Assembly (NCBI GenBank): GCA_963773085.1
Contig: CAVYZS010000009.1
Coordinates: 3,743-67,742 of the forward strand
Length of the DNA: 64,000 nt
Origin: Ilumatobacteraceae bacterium
GTDB lineage: Bacteria > Actinomycetota > Acidimicrobiia > Acidimicrobiales > Ilumatobacteraceae
Direction: 5' to 3'
Shown: positions 37,910 to 51,348 of the stretch, piece after piece
How positions within the stretch are numbered: position 1 is the stretch's first letter
Layout of the letters: the number at the start of each line of letters is the position of its first letter
The notes under the pieces: generated by a model
Databases searched by the model: none
Told to the model about the DNA's origin: nothing
Seen by the model: only the letters and a program-made list of their open reading frames with translations
Translations under genes and position numbers: made by a program

Positions 37910-38824
37910 ATGGTCGTCCAGGTCAGCGAGGAAGTTGAACGAGCGGTGCAGTCCGGGCACGCGGTGGTCGCCCTGGAATCGACGATCATCAGCCATGGAA
38001 TGCCCTACCCACACAACGTCGAGATGGCGTGTGCGGTCGAATCGATCGTGCGCGACCACGGCGCGACACCGGCGACGATCGCCGTCATCGACGGCGTGTG
38101 TCGGGTCGGCCTCGACCGCGACGAGATCGAACTGCTGGCGACGCGCCTCGATGTGCACAAGGCCACGACGCGAGATCTCCCCTGGTTGGTGGCGACCAAG
38201 GCGACGGGCGCGACCACTGTCGCCGCCACCATGCGCCTCGCCGCCATGGCCGGGATTCGGGTCTTTGCCACCGGTGGCGTCGGCGGCGTGCACCGCGGCG
38301 CGGCGACAACCTTCGACATCTCGGCTGATCTCACCGAACTGGCGGCCACACCGGTCGCCGTGGTGTGTGCCGGCGTGAAGTCGATCCTCGACATCAGCCT
38401 CACGCTCGAATATCTGGAAACTGTCGGAGTTCCCGTAGTCGTCGTGGGCAGCGACGAGTTCCCGGCGTTCTACAGCAGGTCGAGCGGTCAACCAGCGCCG
38501 CACCGGCTCGACACTTCGTCGCAGGTCGCGGCAATGCTCAGCGCGACCTGGGGTGATCTGCATCTCGATCGCGGCGTCTGCATCGCCAACCCGATCCCGA
38601 TGGACGACGAGATTCCTGCTACCGAGATCGACGGAGTGATCAGCGAGGCCCTCGACGTCTTGGCGCAACGAGGAATCGTCGGCCAGGGCGTCACCCCGTT
38701 CCTGCTGTCGAGAATCGTCGAACAGACCGGAGGGCGGAGCCTGACCGCCAACATCACGCTGGTCAAGAACAACGCGGCGCTCGCCGCCGATATCGCTGTC
38801 GACTACTCGAGGATTCCGCGCTAG
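37910..38824 (+). CDS. psuG: Pseudouridine-5'-phosphate glycosidase
   Basis: VVALESTIISHGMPYPHN...ATTVAATMRLAAMAGIRVFATGGVGGVHRG...DISADLTELA...VVCAGVKSILD. Confidence 0.85.
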   Translation: MVVQVSEEVERAVQSGHAVVALESTIISHGMPYPHNVEMACAVESIVRDHGATPATIAVIDGVCRVGLDRDEIELLATRLDVHKATTRDLPWLVATKATGATTVAATMRLAAMAGIRVFATGGVGGVHRGAATTFDISADLTELAATPVAVVCAGVKSILDISLTLEYLETVGVPVVVVGSDEFPAFYSRSSGQPAPHRLDTSSQVAAMLSATWGDLHLDRGVCIANPIPMDDEIPATEIDGVISEALDVLAQRGIVGQGVTPFLLSRIVEQTGGRSLTANITLVKNNAALAADIAVDYSRIPR

Positions 38825-38839
38825 GTGAGCCTGGCGATC

Positions 38840-39298
38840 TCAACCAGAGACTGCGGCGGCGAGCTTGGCCAACGTCGCCTCCATGTTCCGCCGATTCCGT
38901 CCCGGGCGGTCGCGCACACCGATCAGCAAGCTGCTGACGGCGCCCATGACCGGGACGCGATGGTCGGTCCACGTCTCGACGACCAACGTCGAGTCGCCCT
39001 CCTGCTCGAACCGGTAGTCCCAATTGGCGACCTTGAAGGGGCCAAGTGTGACATCGAAGCCGAACCGTTCGCCAGGTTGTGCGACTGTGACGACGACGTC
39101 GGTACTCCAGCGGATCCATCCCGATCGGTTCGATCCCTTGAAGTGTGCACCCACCACCGGCCCGGTGGCGCCATCGACCCACTTGCCGCCTGTGTTCTCA
39201 GGCGACCACTCGCCCATCCTCGGGAGATCGCTGACCAGCTCGTAGAGCTGATCGGCGTCGGAGCGGATGGTTCGTTCCACGCAGATCTGTTCGGACAT
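38840..39298 (-). CDS. SRPBCC-superfamily (polyketide cyclase/dehydrase-like) protein
   Basis: 152 aa: VERTIRSDADQLYELVSDLPRMGEWSPEN...ANWDYRFEQEGDSTLVVETW. Confidence 0.7.
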   Translation of the reverse strand: MSEQICVERTIRSDADQLYELVSDLPRMGEWSPENTGGKWVDGATGPVVGAHFKGSNRSGWIRWSTDVVVTVAQPGERFGFDVTLGPFKVANWDYRFEQEGDSTLVVETWTDHRVPVMGAVSSLLIGVRDRPGRNRRNMEATLAKLAAAVSG

Positions 39299-39302
39299 CT
39301 GG

Positions 39303-40055
39303 CTATCTGAACAGATCGCGGCTCTGCTCGCGAATCACGCCGGCAATCGTCGCCGTGTCGTCGGGCTCCCACGCGAACCCCCGAATCACTGCCACCGGCG
39401 TTCGCGAGACGTTGCCCTTGACCAGTTCCGCGGCCCCGGCCAATTCGTCGGCAAGGCAGACCGCCTGCACCTTGAACTCGTGGCCGTGGGGGTCGCGCTG
39501 GCCGACGTAGCTGTGGATCGGCTGCATTCCGGCGATGCCGATCGCGATGTCGGTCTGGCCTTCGCGCCATGCTCTCCCGAAGGTATCGCTGATGATCACG
39601 GCGGCGTTGATCCCGAGCGACACGAGCGCTGCCCGTATCCGTCGTGCCGACGCATCGGGATCCGTGGGCAGCAGCACCAACCGCCCATGGGCCCCACTCG
39701 AGGATTGGTCGACACCGCTGTTGGCGCAGACGAAACCGTGCTGTGTCTCGGTGATCAGAACTGGTCCGGATTGGCGGACCACGCGCTTGGCCTCGCGCAA
39801 CACGATCTCGGTCACGCCCGGATCCTTGTCCCACTTCGTAGACCATTCGATGGCGAACGGCGACGGATCGACCTCGGCAAGTTCGATCGTACGACCCTCG
39901 GCCTTGGAGACGACCTTCGACGTGACCACGACGATGTCGCCGTTCACGAGAGCCATTCCGGCATCGCTCGCTGCCCCAGCGATCATCGCTGCCAGGTCAG
40001 TACCCTCGACGATCTCGGGGAGCCCGGGTACCCCAAGGATCTGCAAGCCGCTCAC
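39303..40055 (-). CDS. cofE: Coenzyme F420-0:L-glutamate ligase (stand-alone CofE type)
   Basis: LQILGVPGLPEIVEGTDLAAMI...GDIVVVTSKVVSKAEGR...GFVCANSGVDQSS...ISDTFGRAWREGQTDIAIG...DELAGAAELVKG. Candidate GTG start at 40055. Confidence 0.8.
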   Translation of the reverse strand: MSGLQILGVPGLPEIVEGTDLAAMIAGAASDAGMALVNGDIVVVTSKVVSKAEGRTIELAEVDPSPFAIEWSTKWDKDPGVTEIVLREAKRVVRQSGPVLITETQHGFVCANSGVDQSSSGAHGRLVLLPTDPDASARRIRAALVSLGINAAVIISDTFGRAWREGQTDIAIGIAGMQPIHSYVGQRDPHGHEFKVQAVCLADELAGAAELVKGNVSRTPVAVIRGFAWEPDDTATIAGVIREQSRDLFR

Positions 40056-40087
40056 GGGCTGAACGTAGCAGCGCCCGATACAGCACA

Positions 40088-40996
40088 ATGGGGTCCATGG
40101 TCTCCGATCTGTTCGATCCGGCGGCCTGGCGCGACGTGCCAGGCTTCGCCTTCGACGACATCACCTATCACCGTGCCGTCGACCAAGGCACCGTGCGAAT
40201 CGCCTTCAATCGGCCGGAGGTCCGCAACGCCTTCCGCCCACGAACCGTCGATCAGCTGTACACCGCGCTCGACCACGCCCGTATGTCGACCGATGTCGGC
40301 TGTGTGCTGTTGACCGGCAATGGCCCCTCCCCGAAAGACGGCGGGTGGGCGTTCTGCAGTGGCGGTGACCAACGAATCCGTGGCCGCGACGGCTATAAGT
40401 ACGCCGCCGACGAAGGCCGAGAGTCGATCGAGCAGGGCCGGGCAGGGCGGCTGCACATCCTCGAGGTGCAACGCCTCATCAGGTTCATGCCGAAGATCGT
40501 GATCTGCCTGGTGCCGGGCTGGGCGGCCGGAGGCGGGCACAGTCTTCATGTTGTCTGCGACCTCACCTTGGCCAGCGCCGAGCACGCCAAGTTCAAACAG
40601 ACCGACGCCGATGTGGCCAGTTTCGACGGTGGGTTCGGCAGCGCCTACCTGGCCCGCCAGGTGGGCCAGAAGTTCGCCCGAGAGATCTTCTTCCTCGGTC
40701 GCGAGTACTCGGCCGACGACGCCCATCGCATGGGCATGGTCAACGCCGTCGTCGCTCACTCGGAGCTGGAGACGACGGCATTGCAGTGGGCGAAGGAGAT
40801 CAACGGCAAGAGCCCCACCGCACAGCGGATGTTGAAGTTCTCCTTCAACCTGATCGACGACGGGCTGGTCGGCCAGCAAGTGTTCGCCGGCGAGGCCACC
40901 CGGCTGGCGTACGCAAGCGACGAAGCCGAGGAAGGCCGCTCGTCGTTCATCGACAAACGCGAGCCCGATTGGAGCTCGTTCCCGTGGCACTACTGA
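40088..40996 (+). CDS. menB: 1,4-dihydroxy-2-naphthoyl-CoA synthase
   Basis: FDDITYHRAVDQGTVRIAFNRPEVRNAFRP...LLTGNGPSPKDGGWAFCSGGDQRIRG...VPGWAAGGGHSLHVVCDLTLAS...FKQTDADVASFDGGFGSAYLAR...DWSSFPWHY. Confidence 0.9.
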   Translation: MGSMVSDLFDPAAWRDVPGFAFDDITYHRAVDQGTVRIAFNRPEVRNAFRPRTVDQLYTALDHARMSTDVGCVLLTGNGPSPKDGGWAFCSGGDQRIRGRDGYKYAADEGRESIEQGRAGRLHILEVQRLIRFMPKIVICLVPGWAAGGGHSLHVVCDLTLASAEHAKFKQTDADVASFDGGFGSAYLARQVGQKFAREIFFLGREYSADDAHRMGMVNAVVAHSELETTALQWAKEINGKSPTAQRMLKFSFNLIDDGLVGQQVFAGEATRLAYASDEAEEGRSSFIDKREPDWSSFPWHY

Positions 40997-41134
40997 GGTG
41001 GGCTTGGGGGTACCGACGTGATCCTGATCGATGATGCCGACGACCCCCGGTTGGCCTGCTTGGGTCGCAACGAGCGTGGACTGACCAGTCGGCGCCAGCG
41101 GCTGCTACGCGTTGCGCCGGGCTGACGTCACGGT

Positions 41135-41554
41135 TCACACCGAGCGCCGAGCGGGCGACGAGATCGGCAGGCCGGTGTCGTTGCGCATCTGCTCCGCCGC
41201 AGGCACGAAGTAGGCCATCAACCGCTCGGCGATGGCTGTCGACGGCGCACACTGCCTGACGGCCGAACCCATGTGGGCCAGCCACCGATCGCGCTGCAAG
41301 GGTCCGACGGTGAACGGCATGTGCCGCATCCGTAAACGCGGGTGACCTCGCTCGTCGTTGTAGGTCGTCGGCCCTCCCCAGTACTGGGCGAGGAACAGGG
41401 TCAGGCGATGGCGAGCGCCGTTCAGGTCTGGCGCCTCGGGGTAGAGCGGCAGCAGAACTTCGTCGCTCGCCACCCCTGCGTAGAACGCGTCGACCAACCG
41501 TTCGAAGAACGGCATGCCGCCGACGGCGTCGTACATGCTCACCTCATCGGTCAT
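41135..41554 (-). CDS. glbO: Group II truncated hemoglobin
   Basis: MYDAVGGMPFFERLVDAFYAGVASDEVLLPLYPE...RLTLFLAQYWGGPTTYNDERGHPRLRMRHMPF...RDRWLAHM. Confidence 0.85.
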   Translation of the reverse strand: MTDEVSMYDAVGGMPFFERLVDAFYAGVASDEVLLPLYPEAPDLNGARHRLTLFLAQYWGGPTTYNDERGHPRLRMRHMPFTVGPLQRDRWLAHMGSAVRQCAPSTAIAERLMAYFVPAAEQMRNDTGLPISSPARRSV

Positions 41555-41576
41555 CGACCGCCGAGGCTATCGGTGA

Positions 41577-41771
41577 TCAGGCCGCCAGACCGTCGAAGAC
41601 CCGCACGTTGGACAGGTCCTCCTGGTGTGCGACGCATGGCATGGTGCCGTCACAGAGATCGAAGATCACGGTCTCGCTGTTCGCCAGTAGTACCAACGCC
41701 GAGACGATCTCGCCGTCCATCTCCAGTTCGATGACATCGCCGGCACGGAGCCGGATTGCTGTTGAGTTCAT
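41577..41771 (-). CDS. Small hypothetical protein (64 aa)
   Basis: MNSTAIRLRAGDVIELEMDGEIVSALVLLANSETVIFDLCDGTMPCVAHQEDLSNVRVFDGLAA. It has normal composition in a locally less GC-rich intergenic context. No family recognised. Confidence 0.35.
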   Translation of the reverse strand: MNSTAIRLRAGDVIELEMDGEIVSALVLLANSETVIFDLCDGTMPCVAHQEDLSNVRVFDGLAA

Positions 41772-41876
41772 TTCTGTCCCGTCCTTTGCCGAGTTGCCCG
41801 TTACACCGATACGAGTCCGGATTGCGCCGTCTACGTACCGTTGCACTTGTCACATCGGCACCGTGGTGAACGGGCT

Positions 41877-42737
41877 TTACGAGAACTTTCGTGTCATCGC
41901 GTCCGGAAATACGTCGGGGAGCCCATCGCCGACCCGGTCGGTGAACACTGGGAGACGCTTCTCCAGGAAGCTCTCGACACCCTCGTTGGCGTCGGCGCTG
42001 CGTCCGCGTTCGAGAATCGCCCGCGAGTCGACCCGGTGGGCCTCCATCGGGTGGTCGGCCGTCAGCATCGTCCACAGCATCCTGCGCGTCAGGGCCACGC
42101 TGACGGGGGACGCGTTGTCGGCGATCTCGGAGCCGATCGAACGCGCCGTCGGCAACAGGTCGTCAGGCTCGTGGACGCTGCGCACCAAGCCACCGGCCAA
42201 CGCCTCGTCGGCACCGAAGACTCGTCCGGAACAGCACCACTCCATTGCCTGACCGATGCCGACCAGACGCGGTAGGAACCACGACGAGCACGCCTCCGGC
42301 ACAATGCCGCGGCGGGCGAAGACGAACCCGATCTTTGCCGAGGTGCTGACCAGGCGGACGTCCATCGGCAAGGTCATGGTGATGCCCACACCTACCGCCG
42401 GGCCGTTGATCGCCGCGATGACCGGCTTGAGGCATTCGAAGATCCGCAACGACACCATGCCACCACCGTCGCGGGGTATGCCGGCTGCGGTCTGCTCGTC
42501 GCTCCCGCCTTTCGAGAACGTCTCGCCTCCGCTCGACAGGTCCGCCCCGGCGCAGAACCCTCGTCCGGCACCGGTCACGATCACAGCGCGCACGTCGTCG
42601 TCGGCGTCGACCCGATCGAAGGCGTCGATCAGCTCACGCATCATCCTGGTCGTGAAGGCGTTGAGCTTGTCGGGGCGGTTCAGCGTGATGGTCGCAACAT
42701 GCTCGGCGACCTCGTACAGGATCTGCGTGTACTCCAT
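41877..42737 (-). CDS. Enoyl-CoA hydratase/crotonase family protein
   Basis: VATITLNRPDKLNAFT...VIVTGAGRGFCAGADLS...AAINGPAVGVGITMTLPMDVRL. Confidence 0.85.
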   Translation of the reverse strand: MEYTQILYEVAEHVATITLNRPDKLNAFTTRMMRELIDAFDRVDADDDVRAVIVTGAGRGFCAGADLSSGGETFSKGGSDEQTAAGIPRDGGGMVSLRIFECLKPVIAAINGPAVGVGITMTLPMDVRLVSTSAKIGFVFARRGIVPEACSSWFLPRLVGIGQAMEWCCSGRVFGADEALAGGLVRSVHEPDDLLPTARSIGSEIADNASPVSVALTRRMLWTMLTADHPMEAHRVDSRAILERGRSADANEGVESFLEKRLPVFTDRVGDGLPDVFPDAMTRKFS

Positions 42738-42755
42738 CCGCCGACCCTACGCCGA

Positions 42756-42798
42756 GCGATGAGAAGTGTGCGTCCTAGGACGGCTCATCTCTCATCGC
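42756..42798. repeat. Nested palindrome: 9-bp arms gcgatgaga / tctcatcgc enclosing the 12-bp palindrome cgtcctaggacg, between the ftsX stop and the next gene start
   Basis: Read directly: arms at 42756-42764 and 42790-42798, inner palindrome at 42771-42782. No U-tract follows on the minus strand. Confidence 0.35.
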
Positions 42799-42806
42799 CA
42801 GGTGCG

Positions 42807-43705
42807 TCAGACGTCGAGGAAGCGGCTGGCAGCGGTGGCCGAACCGACGGCACCGACGAAGGCGCCGAGCAACAACATGAAGAACACGACCTTGATCGGG
42901 TAGCCGTCGGTCACGACGAAGCCGCCGAGACCGGCGTTGCTCGGGAACTTGCGCACGCCTGACGTCCAGTCGGCGTTACCGAGCAACAACAACACACTGC
43001 CGAACACGGCACCGGCGAGGCCTTGTAGGAGCCCCTCGAGCATGAACGGGAGGCGGATGAACCAGTTGGTTGCGCCGACCAACTTCATCACCTCGATCTC
43101 ACGACGACGGGCGAACATGGCCGTGCGGATCGTGTTCCAGATCAGCAGGATGGAGGCGAACAACAGCACGCCCGACATCACATAGGTTCGTACTCCGAAG
43201 AACGACTTGAGCTTGCCCAGCACCGCGATCTGGTCCGTCGGAAAGGCAACTTTGTAGACGCCGGGGAGCCGCGTGAACGAGTCGCGGATGCTCAACAACT
43301 GTTGGATCTGATCCTTGTCGACCGGCTCGACGGCGAAGTACGACGGGACGTTCTCCTCGGAGAGGAACTTCAGCGACTCGGGATCGGCGGCGAAAAGCTT
43401 CTTGGCCTGCGCGAGCGAACAATCGACCGGGCAGTACTCGACATTCTTGATCAGCTCCGGGCGACTCTCCAGTGCCTCTTTGATCGTGGCGACGGCCTCT
43501 GGTTGGGCACCATGGTTGACGTAGACCACCATCTGCACACCACCGGTCCACTGGCTGAGCTGATTGTCGAATGCTTGCTGGATCAGCAGCGTGATGCCGA
43601 ACAGGAACAGCGACACCATCGAGGTGATGACCGCGGCGACTGTGAGCGTGAGGTTGCGGGTCAGGCTGGCCCACATCTCCCGTAACGTGTAACGAAGGCG
43701 CGAGA

Positions 43706-43709
<4 letters not shown>
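42807..43709 (-). CDS. ftsX: Cell division ABC transporter permease FtsX
   Basis: MISRLRYTLREMWASLTRNLTLTVAAVITSMVSLFLFG...EIEVMKLVGATNWFIRLPFMLEGLLQGLAGA. Confidence 0.9.
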
Positions 43710-44383
<674 letters not shown>

Positions 44384-44448
44384 CGGTGGTTCTCCACGAC
44401 CTGTTGCAACCGCCACCCCGCCTGGAGCTCGGGAAACACTAACGCTGC

Positions 44449-45549
44449 TCATTGCGCTTCCCGCCGTCGCCACCGCAGGTAGCCCTCCATGAACTCGTCG
44501 AGATCACCGTCGAGCACGGCCGTCACGTTCCCCGATTCAACGTCGGTACGCAGGTCTTTCACCATCTGGTAGGGCTGGACGACGTACGACCTGATCTGGC
44601 TGCCCCAGCCGACTTGAGCCTGTTGCCCGGCAATGCTGTCGAGCTCGGCTTCGCGCTCCTCTTCGATTTTGGCGGCGATCATCGTCTTCAACCGGCGCAT
44701 CGCCTTCTCCCGGTTCTGCAACTGGCTGCGTTCCTCCTGCGACGACGCAATCAGACCCGTCGGCTCATGGATCAACCGCACCGCCGACGACGTCTTGTTG
44801 ACGTGCTGCCCGCCGGCGCCACTCGCCCGGAAGACCTCCATACGGATCTCCGACTCGTTGACTTCGAGGTCGAGCTCGTCCATCACCGGCCACACCTGCA
44901 CGCCCGCGAAGCTGGTCTGGCGGCGACCCTGATTGTCGAACGGGCTGATGCGCACCAACCGATGGGTACCCCGCTCGGACGTCATCAATCCGTATGCGTA
45001 TCGACCGGTGAGGGTGAACTCGGCCGACATGATGCCGGCTTCGGCGCCCTCGCTGAGCCCGTCGAGCTCGAACCCGAAGCCGCGTCGTTCGGCCCAACGC
45101 CCGTACATCCGCAGCAGGATCTCGGCCCAGTCCTGAGCGTCGACTCCACCATCTTTGGCGTTGATCTGGACGATGCAATCGGCCTCGTCGTGCTCGCCGG
45201 TGAACAGGCTGCGAAGATCGAGCTGGTCGAGCCGGTTGGTGATCGAGGCGACGGCCGCGTCGAGCTCGGGCTCCTGCGATGCATCGTCGACTTCTCGGGC
45301 CAGCTCGTGCAACACCTCGGCATCCTCGAGTTCGCCCGACAGCTGATCGAACTGGTCGATGTCGGTCTTGACGTTGGCGTACTCGGTGTTGATCTTCTTG
45401 GCCTGATCTTGGTCATCCCACAGATCGGGACGGGCAACTTCGTGTTCGAGCTCGACCAGCCTCGCTCTGTTGGCGTCGATCTTGAGGTAGCCCTCAGCCT
45501 CGCCGAGGCGGCGGCGGAGCTCTTTCAGATCGTCGGAATAATCACGCAT
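44449..45549 (-). CDS. prfB: Peptide chain release factor 2 (single continuous frame, no programmed +1 site)
   Basis: RISPFD (SPF motif) and SGAGGQHVNKTSSAVRL (GGQ). 366 aa, uninterrupted from its ATG. Confidence 0.9.
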   Translation of the reverse strand: MRDYSDDLKELRRRLGEAEGYLKIDANRARLVELEHEVARPDLWDDQDQAKKINTEYANVKTDIDQFDQLSGELEDAEVLHELAREVDDASQEPELDAAVASITNRLDQLDLRSLFTGEHDEADCIVQINAKDGGVDAQDWAEILLRMYGRWAERRGFGFELDGLSEGAEAGIMSAEFTLTGRYAYGLMTSERGTHRLVRISPFDNQGRRQTSFAGVQVWPVMDELDLEVNESEIRMEVFRASGAGGQHVNKTSSAVRLIHEPTGLIASSQEERSQLQNREKAMRRLKTMIAAKIEEEREAELDSIAGQQAQVGWGSQIRSYVVQPYQMVKDLRTDVESGNVTAVLDGDLDEFMEGYLRWRRREAQ

Positions 45550-45578
45550 GTTCAGTCAGCGGAGACCAGCTCCGACCA

Positions 45579-48373
<2,795 letters not shown>

Positions 48374-48443
48374 GCGGGTGCACAGCCTACCGGCGGGGGC
48401 GGCGCCGACCTTGGGCACAGCTCAGGTCGCTCGCGGGACCGTC

Positions 48444-49100
48444 TCAGACCTTGGCAGCCAACCTGGGCACGTCCGCGTGTCTCAACTGGGTGCTGGCGGC
48501 TGCAGCGAGCTCGACACGGGCGACGCCCGCGGATCGCAATGCCTGAGCGGCTGTTCGCAGCGTTGCGCCTGTGGTGACGACGTCGTCGACGACGAGCACG
48601 CTGAGTCCGGGGCGTGGACGCCTGGCGCGAAACGCGGGACCGGCAAGACGCTCGGCACGGGACTTGCCCGTCTGCGGATCTCCATGGGCCCGGTACAACA
48701 GCCGACGGCAGGGAATGCCGAGCTGGCGGGCGACCGCTTGGGCAATGGCCTCGGCCTGGTCGTAGCCCCTGCCGCGCACGTGGCGAGCGCTGGTTGGCGC
48801 CCAGGTCACCACGTCGACAGGGGTGAGACCCAGACGACGCACCATCTGGGAGGCAAGGACCATGGCCGCCGACCGGCGGTGACGGAACTTCAAGGCGACG
48901 ATCAATTCCCTCGGCACACCGTCGAACGGGAAGGCAGCAGCGATGCCGTCGGGGCTGCGAACTGGGCCGACCGAGGCCAACGCGAACCGACAGCGATGGC
49001 ACAGGGTCTCGCCCGGGCATCCGCAAGCCGAGCAACGAGCACTGAACAACCCGGAAACCAACCCGGAAACCAACCCAGAAAGCATCCCAGAAAGCATCAT
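48444..49100 (-). CDS. comF: ComF-family phosphoribosyltransferase-domain protein
   Basis: CSACGCPGETLCHRCR is zinc-finger-like. VVLVVDDVVTTGATL is the PRTase motif. The start ATG at 49098-49100 is followed by a repeat-encoded N-terminus. Confidence 0.75.
   Translation of the reverse strand: MMLSGMLSGLVSGLVSGLFSARCSACGCPGETLCHRCRFALASVGPVRSPDGIAAAFPFDGVPRELIVALKFRHRRSAAMVLASQMVRRLGLTPVDVVTWAPTSARHVRGRGYDQAEAIAQAVARQLGIPCRRLLYRAHGDPQTGKSRAERLAGPAFRARRPRPGLSVLVVDDVVTTGATLRTAAQALRSAGVARVELAAAASTQLRHADVPRLAAKV
49050..49097 (-). repeat. In-frame tandem 12-bp repeats, 2 x cccggaaaccaa + 2 x cccagaaagcat, encoding (MLSG)2(LVSG)2 at the comF N-terminus
   Basis: Counted base by base: units at 49050-61, 49062-73, 49074-85 and 49086-97. 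Confidence 0.85.
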
Positions 49101-49151
49101 GGTGCAATCAATACCAGGAGGGTGTGACACGACCTTCGGTAGGGTCTCGGC

Positions 49152-49805
49152 GTGGTGCCGCGGCTGTTTCCCGATCGACCCGCCCAACGGCTGACCCGGT
49201 GTCTCGCCGGCCAGATCTGCTTCGGCTTGGGTATCAGCATGTTCGTCACGGCGCGCCTCGGTCTGGCCCCCTGGGACGTCTTCCATCAGGGCGTGGCGGC
49301 CCGTACCGGGCTGCGGCTCGGCTGGGTGATCGAGCTCACCGGACTCCTGCTGTTGCTGCTGTGGATCCCGCTACGACAGCGACCGGGCGTCGGCACGATC
49401 CTGAACGCGGTGGTGATCGGCCTCGTCGTCGATCTGATCGGCAACCGCCTGCCCTCCACCGATCTGCTCATCCCGCGACTCGCTTACGTCGTCGGTGCGG
49501 TGATCGTGATCGCCATCGGGTCGGGTCTGTACATCGGTGCCGGCCTCGGCGCCGGTCCGCGCGACGGGATCATGGTCGGCCTGGCGGGACGCGGTCACTC
49601 CGTGCGCCTCGTGCGTACCGTTCTGGAGGCGCTCGTGATGGTCGTCGGCATCACCCTCGGCGGTCATTTCGGCATTGGCACCGTCGCCTTCGTCCTCTTC
49701 ATCGGGCCACTCGTCCACCTCTTCATCCCCCGTCTGGAGATCAAGCCCCAGACGATCAAGCCCATGGAGCTCCGGCCGGCTAGTACCGGTAGTGGTCTGG
49801 CTTGA
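49152..49805 (+). CDS. YczE/YitT-like integral membrane protein
   Basis: [30 protein letters not shown]...[22 protein letters not shown]. Its 3' end overlaps convergent ahcY by 26 nt. Confidence 0.6.
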   Translation: MVPRLFPDRPAQRLTRCLAGQICFGLGISMFVTARLGLAPWDVFHQGVAARTGLRLGWVIELTGLLLLLLWIPLRQRPGVGTILNAVVIGLVVDLIGNRLPSTDLLIPRLAYVVGAVIVIAIGSGLYIGAGLGAGPRDGIMVGLAGRGHSVRLVRTVLEALVMVVGITLGGHFGIGTVAFVLFIGPLVHLFIPRLEIKPQTIKPMELRPASTGSGLA

Positions 49806-51246
49806 ACGGGCCGGACGGCTCGACGCCGAGATAGTCGGCCTGCTCGTCGGTGAGCTTGGTCAGCTTCACACCGAGGGCATCGAGGTGCAGCGCAGCCACC
49901 TTCTCGTCGAGCCGCTTCGGCAGCACATGCACGCCGAGCGGATACTGCTCGACGTTGTTGAACAGCTCCATCTGGGCGATCACCTGGTTGCTGAACGAGC
50001 AGCTCATGACGAAGCTCGGATGCCCGGTCGCGCAACCAAGGTTGACCAGCCGTCCCTCGGCCAGCACGATGATGGCGTGGCCATCGGGGAACGACCACAG
50101 ATCGGTACCCGGCTTCAACTGGTCGTGTTCGGCGCCACTGCGGGCCAATCCCGACATGTCGATCTCGCTGTCGAAGTGACCGATGTTGCAGACGATCGCA
50201 TTGTGCTTCATCTGGTGCATGTGATCGACGGTGATGATGTGGTCGTTGCCGGTGGCCGACACGAAGATGTCGGCGGAGGCGACCACCTCGTCCAGCGTGG
50301 TCACCTGGTAGCCCTCCATCGCCGCCTGTAGGGCATTGATCGGGTCCACCTCGGTGACGATGACCCGGCAGCCCTGGCCCTTCAGGGCCTGGCTGCACCC
50401 CTTGCCGACGTCGCCGTACCCGCACACGACGGCAACCTTGCCCGCCAGCATCACGTCGGTCGCCCGGCAGATCGCATCGACCAGCGAGTGGCGGCAGCCG
50501 TACAGGTTGTCGAACTTGCTCTTGGTGACGGAGTCGTTGACGTTGATCGCCGGGAACAGGAGCTCGCCGCGCTCGTGCATCTTGTACAGGCGCATCACTC
50601 CAGTGGTGGTCTCCTCGGTCACTCCCCGGATCCGTGACGCCAGCCGTGTCCACTTCTGCGGATCCGTCTTCAACGAGCGCTGCAGCAGTCCGAGCACGAT
50701 GGCGAACTCGGGGTTCGAAGCCGACGTCGGGTCGGGAACCTCACCCGACTTCTCGAACTCGACGCCTTTGTGGAGGAGCAACGTGGCGTCACCACCGTCG
50801 TCGAGGATCATGTTCGGGCCCTGTTGCTCACCGTTGACACCGTCGGGCCAGCTCATCATCTGTTCGGTGCACCACCAGTACTCCTCCAGCGTCTCGCCCT
50901 TCCAGGCGAACACCGGCACACCCTTGGGCTCGTCGACGGTGCCTTCCGGGCCGACAGCGATGGCGGCGGCGGCGTGATCCTGCGTGGAGAAGATGTTGCA
51001 GCTCGCCCAGCGCACCTCGGCGCCGAGCTCGACCAAGGTCTCGATCAGCACCGCGGTCTGGATCGTCATGTGCAGGGACCCGGAGATCCGCGCCCCCTGA
51101 AGCGGCTTGGACGGACCGAACTCCTTGCGTAGGGCGCGTAGACCGGGCATTTCGTGTTCGGCGAGATGGATCTCCTTGCGGCCGAACGGAGCCAGCGAGA
51201 GATCGGCTACGCGATAGTCGCGGCGCGCCGCGAACGAGGTGTTCAT
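49780..51246 (-). CDS. ahcY: Adenosylhomocysteinase
   Basis: [26 protein letters not shown]...[21 protein letters not shown]...[12 protein letters not shown]...ILDDGGD...[20 protein letters not shown]...[11 protein letters not shown]...[10 protein letters not shown]. Confidence 0.92.
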   Translation of the reverse strand: MNTSFAARRDYRVADLSLAPFGRKEIHLAEHEMPGLRALRKEFGPSKPLQGARISGSLHMTIQTAVLIETLVELGAEVRWASCNIFSTQDHAAAAIAVGPEGTVDEPKGVPVFAWKGETLEEYWWCTEQMMSWPDGVNGEQQGPNMILDDGGDATLLLHKGVEFEKSGEVPDPTSASNPEFAIVLGLLQRSLKTDPQKWTRLASRIRGVTEETTTGVMRLYKMHERGELLFPAINVNDSVTKSKFDNLYGCRHSLVDAICRATDVMLAGKVAVVCGYGDVGKGCSQALKGQGCRVIVTEVDPINALQAAMEGYQVTTLDEVVASADIFVSATGNDHIITVDHMHQMKHNAIVCNIGHFDSEIDMSGLARSGAEHDQLKPGTDLWSFPDGHAIIVLAEGRLVNLGCATGHPSFVMSCSFSNQVIAQMELFNNVEQYPLGVHVLPKRLDEKVAALHLDALGVKLTKLTDEQADYLGVEPSGPFKPDHYRY

Positions 51247-51348
51247 CGAAAGTCCTCCACAGGTGGAACGGGCACGGGGTGCACGAAGTTGTAGCCGGGC
51301 CGGTGCCAGCTGGCAACGTTCAATTCAGCCCGTGGGGTGAGCGCAAGT

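Noticed and set aside
42738-42806. Expected smpB/ssrA (tmRNA) after prfB-ftsE-ftsX
   Set aside because: The next gene is a crotonase-family enzyme. No tRNA-like or tmRNA-like sequence is evident in the 69-nt spacer.
44449-45549. Looked for the programmed +1 frameshift site usual in prfB
   Set aside because: The RF2 frame is continuous from its ATG, with no in-frame internal UGA. This organism appears to lack the autoregulatory frameshift, as many Actinomycetota do.
49050-49097. Short tandem repeats (here and at 62408-62455) considered as possible CRISPR-like arrays
   Set aside because: The units are 12 bp, contiguous, without spacers, and lie in frame within coding sequences. They are coding microsatellite-type repeats.
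51247-51348. Possible SAH riboswitch or other leader upstream of ahcY
   Set aside because: I could not recognise the SAH-riboswitch core or any convincing conserved structure by eye. I see only an SD-like GGAGGA before the ATG. A covariance-model scan would be needed.
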